NCBI RefSeq assembly: GCF_001194135.2
Contig: NC_068986.1
Coordinates: 3,691,943-3,732,542, forward strand
DNA from: Octopus bimaculoides
Taxonomy: Eukaryota
Reading direction: 5' to 3'
DNA: 40,600 bases
The translations under genes and the position numbers were made by a program. The notes below the pieces were generated by a model. The model was not told the origin of the DNA and did not search any database. It worked only from the letters and a program-made list of their open reading frames with translations. Positions 35,390 to 40,600 of this stretch are shown in pieces (position 1 is the stretch's first letter; the number at the start of each line of letters is the position of its first letter).

Positions 35390-35960
35390 TCTTCATATCT
35401 TCGTTACCAGCTCTCCCTGTCTCTTTCATACCTACCTCTTCCTCTCTCCTCTTTCCTTCCCCTTATATATCTCACTCCCTCTCCTGCTTCACCCTCCCTC
35501 CCTTTATCTTTCTTTACACCTGCCTCTCTCCCTCGATCTTTCATATCTCCCTCTTTTCCCCATTTCTCTCCCTTATTCTGTCTCTCCCTCCCTTTCATAT
35601 CTTACTGCTTTTCTGACTTCTCTTCCCTTCCTTTGTCTCTCTCTACATCTACCTCTCCCCCTGTCACCTCACCCTCTCCCTCATATATTTCTCATTTTCC
35701 CTCCTCTCCTCACTCCGTCTCCCCGTTTCCCTCACATCCTTCATTCTCTCCTCTCTCTCACACACTGTCTCCCTTTCTCTTCTATCCTCTCCCCCCTCTG
35801 TCTCGCTATCACCCCACATCCCCTTTCTCTTTCTTCACATCACCCTCTCTCTTTCCTTCATATCTCCCTCTCTCTTTCCCTGTCCCTCCCATTGTCTTTC
35901 TTCTTCTCTACCTCCCTCTGTCTCTCTCACTTCCTCTCTATCTTTTCCTCCCCCTCTGGG
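35390..35960 (+). repeat. ~570-nt polypyrimidine (C/T) low-complexity tract
   Basis: Seen directly; TTCATATCT recurs four times. Confidence 0.9.
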
Positions 35961-35974
35961 CTCAGAAAACAAAG

Positions 35975-36963
35975 ATGGCACCTAAGTGGGAGAGCAAAGA
36001 ATTGAATCTGCTGTTTCGAGTATGGGCAGTTGCTAGCGGCGACCCGCCAAATATCATCACTACTGCACTGAAGAACAATGGCTTCTGTAGAACCATTGGT
36101 CAGATAGAGCAGAAGAAGAATGAATTCATCCGATCCTATGCCCTTATCAGACCACACACTGACACTCTTGATATCATCACGGAAAGCTACTGTGGCAAGG
36201 CTTATAAGGATAGGGAAAACAAAACGAAAAAACAGAAGTCTCTTTGATCCAGTGGTTCCTAAAAAAAAATGAATCCCCCACACCTGTGAACGACCAGGTT
36301 GATAAGGATAGGGAAGCCAAGGAAGCAGCAACCAGAAGCCCCTCTGTGACAGTGGTTCTACAAAGGAACGGAGTCCTCACCCCATTGGACAACCAGAGGT
36401 ATACAAATGCTACCATAAGAAAAGGAAGGAAAGAATACGAGCACAAACATGAAGAAGTAAGGGGAGAAAAAGTAAAAGAAAAAATGAAATAACTAACACC
36501 GAAACCCCAAACCACCAAACAGAAAGCTCAAACATGGAGCTCCAATGAAATCCGAAACCCTAGAGGAGAAAAGAAATTTGGATTGCACTCAAGGACCTGC
36601 AAATTTTATCTGCAAGGCAAATGTTGGCATGGGGATGACAGTATAAACTGCCGGTTTGCTAACCCGAGATCCTGCCAAAACTATAGGGGCCCTAAGGAGA
36701 AATACTTCTCTGAGGAAAGGCACCAATCGTCCCCAATGAAAAAGTATCCAAAAGTAGGTCACTCTTCAGATATTATGCGTAACGCAGCAGCTGAGCAAGA
36801 GTCATTTTTGTGCATGGCGCAAAAGATTGTGCAGCAGCTGACATGGCTACATCAAGCGCAAACAAGGAACCTTGCCCACCACTGCGCAAGTCCACCACAA
36901 TCAACAGACACAGGATGGTTTCCCCTAACACCTGCACAGTCGTCATGCCAATATTTTTACTAA
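35975..36963 (+). pseudogene. LINE ORF1: Myb/SANT(trihelix)-like N-terminus plus CCCH-type zinc finger
   Basis: MAPKWESKELNLLFRVW...LKNNGFCRTIGQIEQKKNEFIRSY, then TCKFYLQGKCWHGDDSINCRFANP. Broken by a frameshift at ~36245-36270 and a stop at 36490. Confidence 0.7.
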
Positions 36964-39906
36964 ATATTGGGGGCCCTGTTGCATCATAACAACAAAAGCA
37001 AAATTTTTTTCCTGAGAGACCTTACTGTATGCAATCAAGCCCTATGCATAGCACTCGCGGAAACTCAGCTGAGCACTGATATAGAGGATGCAGAAGTACA
37101 CGTACTAAAATATACCATACTGCGAACAAACACAAGGGAAAGGAGCCATGGTGGAGTTGCTGTATACATATGTGATGACCTCACACTCACAATCTTACTT
37201 CACATTCAAATTCAGTGTGTGACACTCTAATTGTATACATGAGACAACGCAATATAGTCATATGCAATACATATCGCCCACCAGATGCTCCAAACCACAT
37301 AGGCAAGTTTGAAGATTACCTCACAAAAATGAAAGAAATTCTCATGAAACTTCCCCAATGTCAAATGGCCCGAAGGTCTCATACTCTCAGGAATGGCTCA
37401 TTGCAAACAAGCACAGGTGGAGTCCCTGCTCAATCTGACCAATGCCCTATTCATGGAGGAAATTGTACTCAGACCAACTAGGGTGGATAACATTTTGGAT
37501 CTCTGCTTCACTAACAATACAGACATCGTTCATGATGTGAAAGTGACGCCGACATTAGTTTCGGATCACAGCATACTAGATCTGTCTATGTATGGGCTAA
37601 AAGTAGCCAGAGACATACAGCCTAAAGGAAGCACCCAAAATCTCTCCAATCTGAACTTCCACAAAGAAGACTGGAAATCGATCCAAAAAGAGATCCTCAA
37701 ACAGAACTGGCTGAAATGTCTCTCCACACCAGACGTCGGCATGAAACTAGAATATTTCATGTCTGTTATGCAAACCAGAAATATGTCCCAGAGCACAAAG
37801 CCAACACAAACAGGAACAAGATTCCAAGGGAGAGGAAGATCCTCATGAGACGACGGACGAAGGTTGCAAATCGCCTCAACCAACATTCCAAATGTAGCGA
37901 AAGGTCCCGCCTAAAAACAACACTGATGGAGATTGAAAAAAACCCGTAACAATCCTATGTCAGGGAGAGAGCAGACAAAAAAGCCTGGGTTATAAAAAAC
38001 ATTAAGTCAGACCCAAAGGCCTTCTTTCATTATACGAAAGAAATCGCCTCAGTACGCTGCAAGATAAAATCCCTCTTCCAAAAGGATGGCTCCCTCACAG
38101 ATAGTCCAACCAGGATCAGTGAGATACTGAATGACCAGTTCAAAAGTGTTTTTACCACCCCGTTGGAACACAGAGAAGTGAACGAATCAGTGGATTTTTT
38201 GCTACCTCACCTATAACCAGCGAGGCAGTTACGATAGATTACATCGACATTAGCGAAGAAAATATACCACTAGCCACAGATGAGGTGGACGCAAACTCAA
38301 CTGCTGGTCCTAATGGTTTCCCAAGCAATCCTCTTCAAATCGTGTAAGCGTGCCCTGGCGAAACCTCTACAGATTCTCTTCCAGAGCTTTCTTTCAAATG
38401 GCTGGCTGCCAAGCAAACTGAAGGAGGGAATAATATGCCCAATCCATAAAGGGAGAAGCGGAGCAGATGCCAAAAACTATTGGCCTATCTCTCTGACTTC
38501 ACATATCAGCAAAATCATGGAATGGATAGTCAGAGGGAAACTAATCGCATTTCTTGAAGAAAAGAACTTGCTTAATGATACCCAGCATGGCTTTCTACCA
38601 GGTAAGAGATGCCTGACATAGCTCTTACAACACTATGACTGGGTGTTGAGGCAGTTACCCAACAACTGAAGTGTGGACGTAATATACCTTGAATTTGCAA
38701 AAGCTTTTGATAAAGTGGATCATAGTATGATATACCACAAACTGCGTGATCTCAGCATAGCTGGAAAACTTGGAGAGTGGTTACATGACTTTATGAAAGA
38801 TAAAAGTCAGGCAGGAGTGACCAATGGAGCCACCTCAATGAAAACACAAATAGTGAGTGGTGTTCCACAGGGCGCTGTCTTGGGACCACTGCTTTTCATA
38901 GTGGCCCTTTCAGATATACCCTCAACTGTCTAGATAGTCACCCTTGCTAGCTACGCAGACGATATTACAGTATCTCAGAAAATACAGAACCCCAGCAATG
39001 TTACACACCTGCAGCAGGAGTTGGAATCAGTTTACAGATGGGCTGAGGATAATAATATGCAGTTTAATTGTGGAAAAATTGTCCAAGCCCTGTGCTACCA
39101 GCGTCCAAAGCTGAATATGAAACTTACAGGGTACACATGACCACAGGGGATTACAATTCCAGAGCCTAAATCAGTTAGGGATCTGGACATCGACAGGAGT
39201 GATGATACCTGTTTCCAAGTGCAGATTACCAGGATGGCGACAAGGTGCAGACGACTGGCTGGCTGGATCCTGAGTACGTTCAGAATCAGAGAGAAGGAAA
39301 CCATAATGGTCCTCTGGAGGACATTCGTCCTCAACCGCCTGGATTACTGCTCCCGGCTATGGTCACCCAACAGTGTAAAATTACCAGTTGAACTTGAAGC
39401 AATCCAGCGAAGTTTCACAACAGCTCAGCCACTAGGAAAGGCTGAAACAGCTAAGACTCTATTCCCTGGAACGAAGGCGGGAGAGGTAAGCAGTAATATA
39501 CATCTGGAAGACCCTGGAAGGAATTGTGCCAAATTTTGGCGTTGAAAGCTACACTAATGCCAAAACGGGTCTACAGTGTACAGTGTCAAAGATCCCAGCA
39601 ATACCATCGCGCTTCAGGACCAATTACTGCAACAGCCTGAGTTTCAGGGGCCTGCAGCTTTTTAATATTCTCCCAAAGAGCCTGAGGGAACTACACAAAG
39701 TGGATGTAGGTGTTTTCAAATCAAAACTGGACCTCTTCCTGTTGACAGTTCCAGCTGAATCTACCTCACGGCAAGAGGTGCAAATGAAGGTAGCGGCATC
39801 AGACTCCATTCTTCACATATTCCACATATTAGAGGAGGCTCTCAGTAATATAAGTGTTGCAAAACGGCAGTGCCCCAGCATAGCCACAGCTCTGAGCTGA
39901 AACTAT

Positions 39907-39908
<2 letters not shown>
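35975..39908 (+). mobile_element. Near-full-length, disrupted CR1/L2-group LINE (ORF1 + APE-RT ORF2)
   Basis: ORF1 spans 35975-36963. ORF2 starts at ATG 36945 with LLNIGG, LAETQL, SHGGVAVYI, YRPPD, NILDLCFTN, NYWPISLTSHISKIME, QHGF, AKAFDKVDH, SGVPQGAVLGPLLF, YADD and LDYCSRLWSP. Multiple stops and frameshifts. The 3' end runs into (TA)n. Confidence 0.92.
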
Positions 39909-39909
<1 letters not shown>

Positions 39910-39954
<45 letters not shown>

Positions 39955-39992
39955 NNNNNNNNNNNNNNNNNNNNNNNNNNNNNNNNNNNNNN

Positions 39993-40039
<47 letters not shown>

Positions 40040-40209
40040 TAAATATATATATAACTATATATATATACATATATAAATATATATATACATATATATATAT
40101 GCATACAAAAACATATATATATATATACATATAAATATGTATATATATATATAAATATATATATATAATACAAATATACATATACATACGTATACACAAA
40201 TATATAAAT
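39910..40209. repeat. (TA)n-rich tract with 38-N gap
   Basis: Seen directly. Confidence 0.95.
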
Positions 40210-40600
40210 ATGTCTTCTCTATGGAAGACATTTGTCCTGAGCCGCCTAGACTATTGCTCTCAGTTGTGGTCACCACACAGTGTCAAACGGACAGCAGAAC
40301 TCGAGACAATTCAGCGGCACTATACAAAAAAAATCGCCACAGTCCAGCAGATGAACTACAGGGAGCGACTGCAGGCACTAGGTCTCTACTCCCTGGAACG
40401 CAGGCGGGAGAGATATGTAATAATATACATATGGAAAATACTGGAAGGACTGGTGCCGAACTTTGGCATCAAGTACTACAGGAATGCCCGCACGGGTCGC
40501 CACTGCATGGTGCCAAAGGTGCCGTCCACTGCATCTCACATAAGAACAAGATACTGCAGCAGCCTCGGTTTCAGAGGACCTCGGCTCTTCAATGCCCTGC
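40210..40600 (+). mobile_element. 5'-truncated second CR1/L2-group LINE copy, frame intact to window end
   Basis: About 130 uninterrupted codons: [39 protein letters not shown]...NYRERLQALGLYSLERRRERY...GFRGPRLFNAL. Homologous to 39310-39670. Absent from the ORF track because it has no stop in the window. Confidence 0.92.

Noticed and set aside
35325-36005. 226-aa and 204-aa L/S/P-rich ORFs
   Set aside because: Artefacts of the stop-free polypyrimidine tract; only the part from ATG 35975 looks protein-like.

Overview
AT-rich, microsatellite-dense eukaryotic DNA with assembly gaps. The SINE and LINE families look like those of an octopod cephalopod (inference from recognition, not a search). 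Most of the window is transposon debris: R4/Dong-like, RTE, L1/Tx1 and CR1/L2-group LINEs, several tRNA-derived SINE families, a decayed full-length mariner, and TcMar and hAT MITEs. The only well-supported host coding sequence is the terminal exon (10604-10821, minus strand) of a GPI-anchored Ly6/uPAR (three-finger, quiver/sleepless-like) protein; its upstream exons could not be fixed. Best leads: (1) a near-full-length CR1/L2-group LINE whose ORF1 combines a Myb/SANT (trihelix)-like domain with a CCCH zinc finger, downstream of a ~570-nt polypyrimidine tract; (2) a SINE whose tail matches that LINE's 3' end, with a hairpin at the same position; (3) a SINE heterodimer inside one 12-bp TSD, plus module shuffling among SINEs; (4) a twin-priming-type inversion in an RTE LINE; (5) a stack of three elements in (AAT)n repeats; (6) two fold-back inverted repeats. 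All alignments were done by eye. Most ORF-track entries are microsatellite or antisense artefacts. No rRNA, true tRNA or CRISPR was found.
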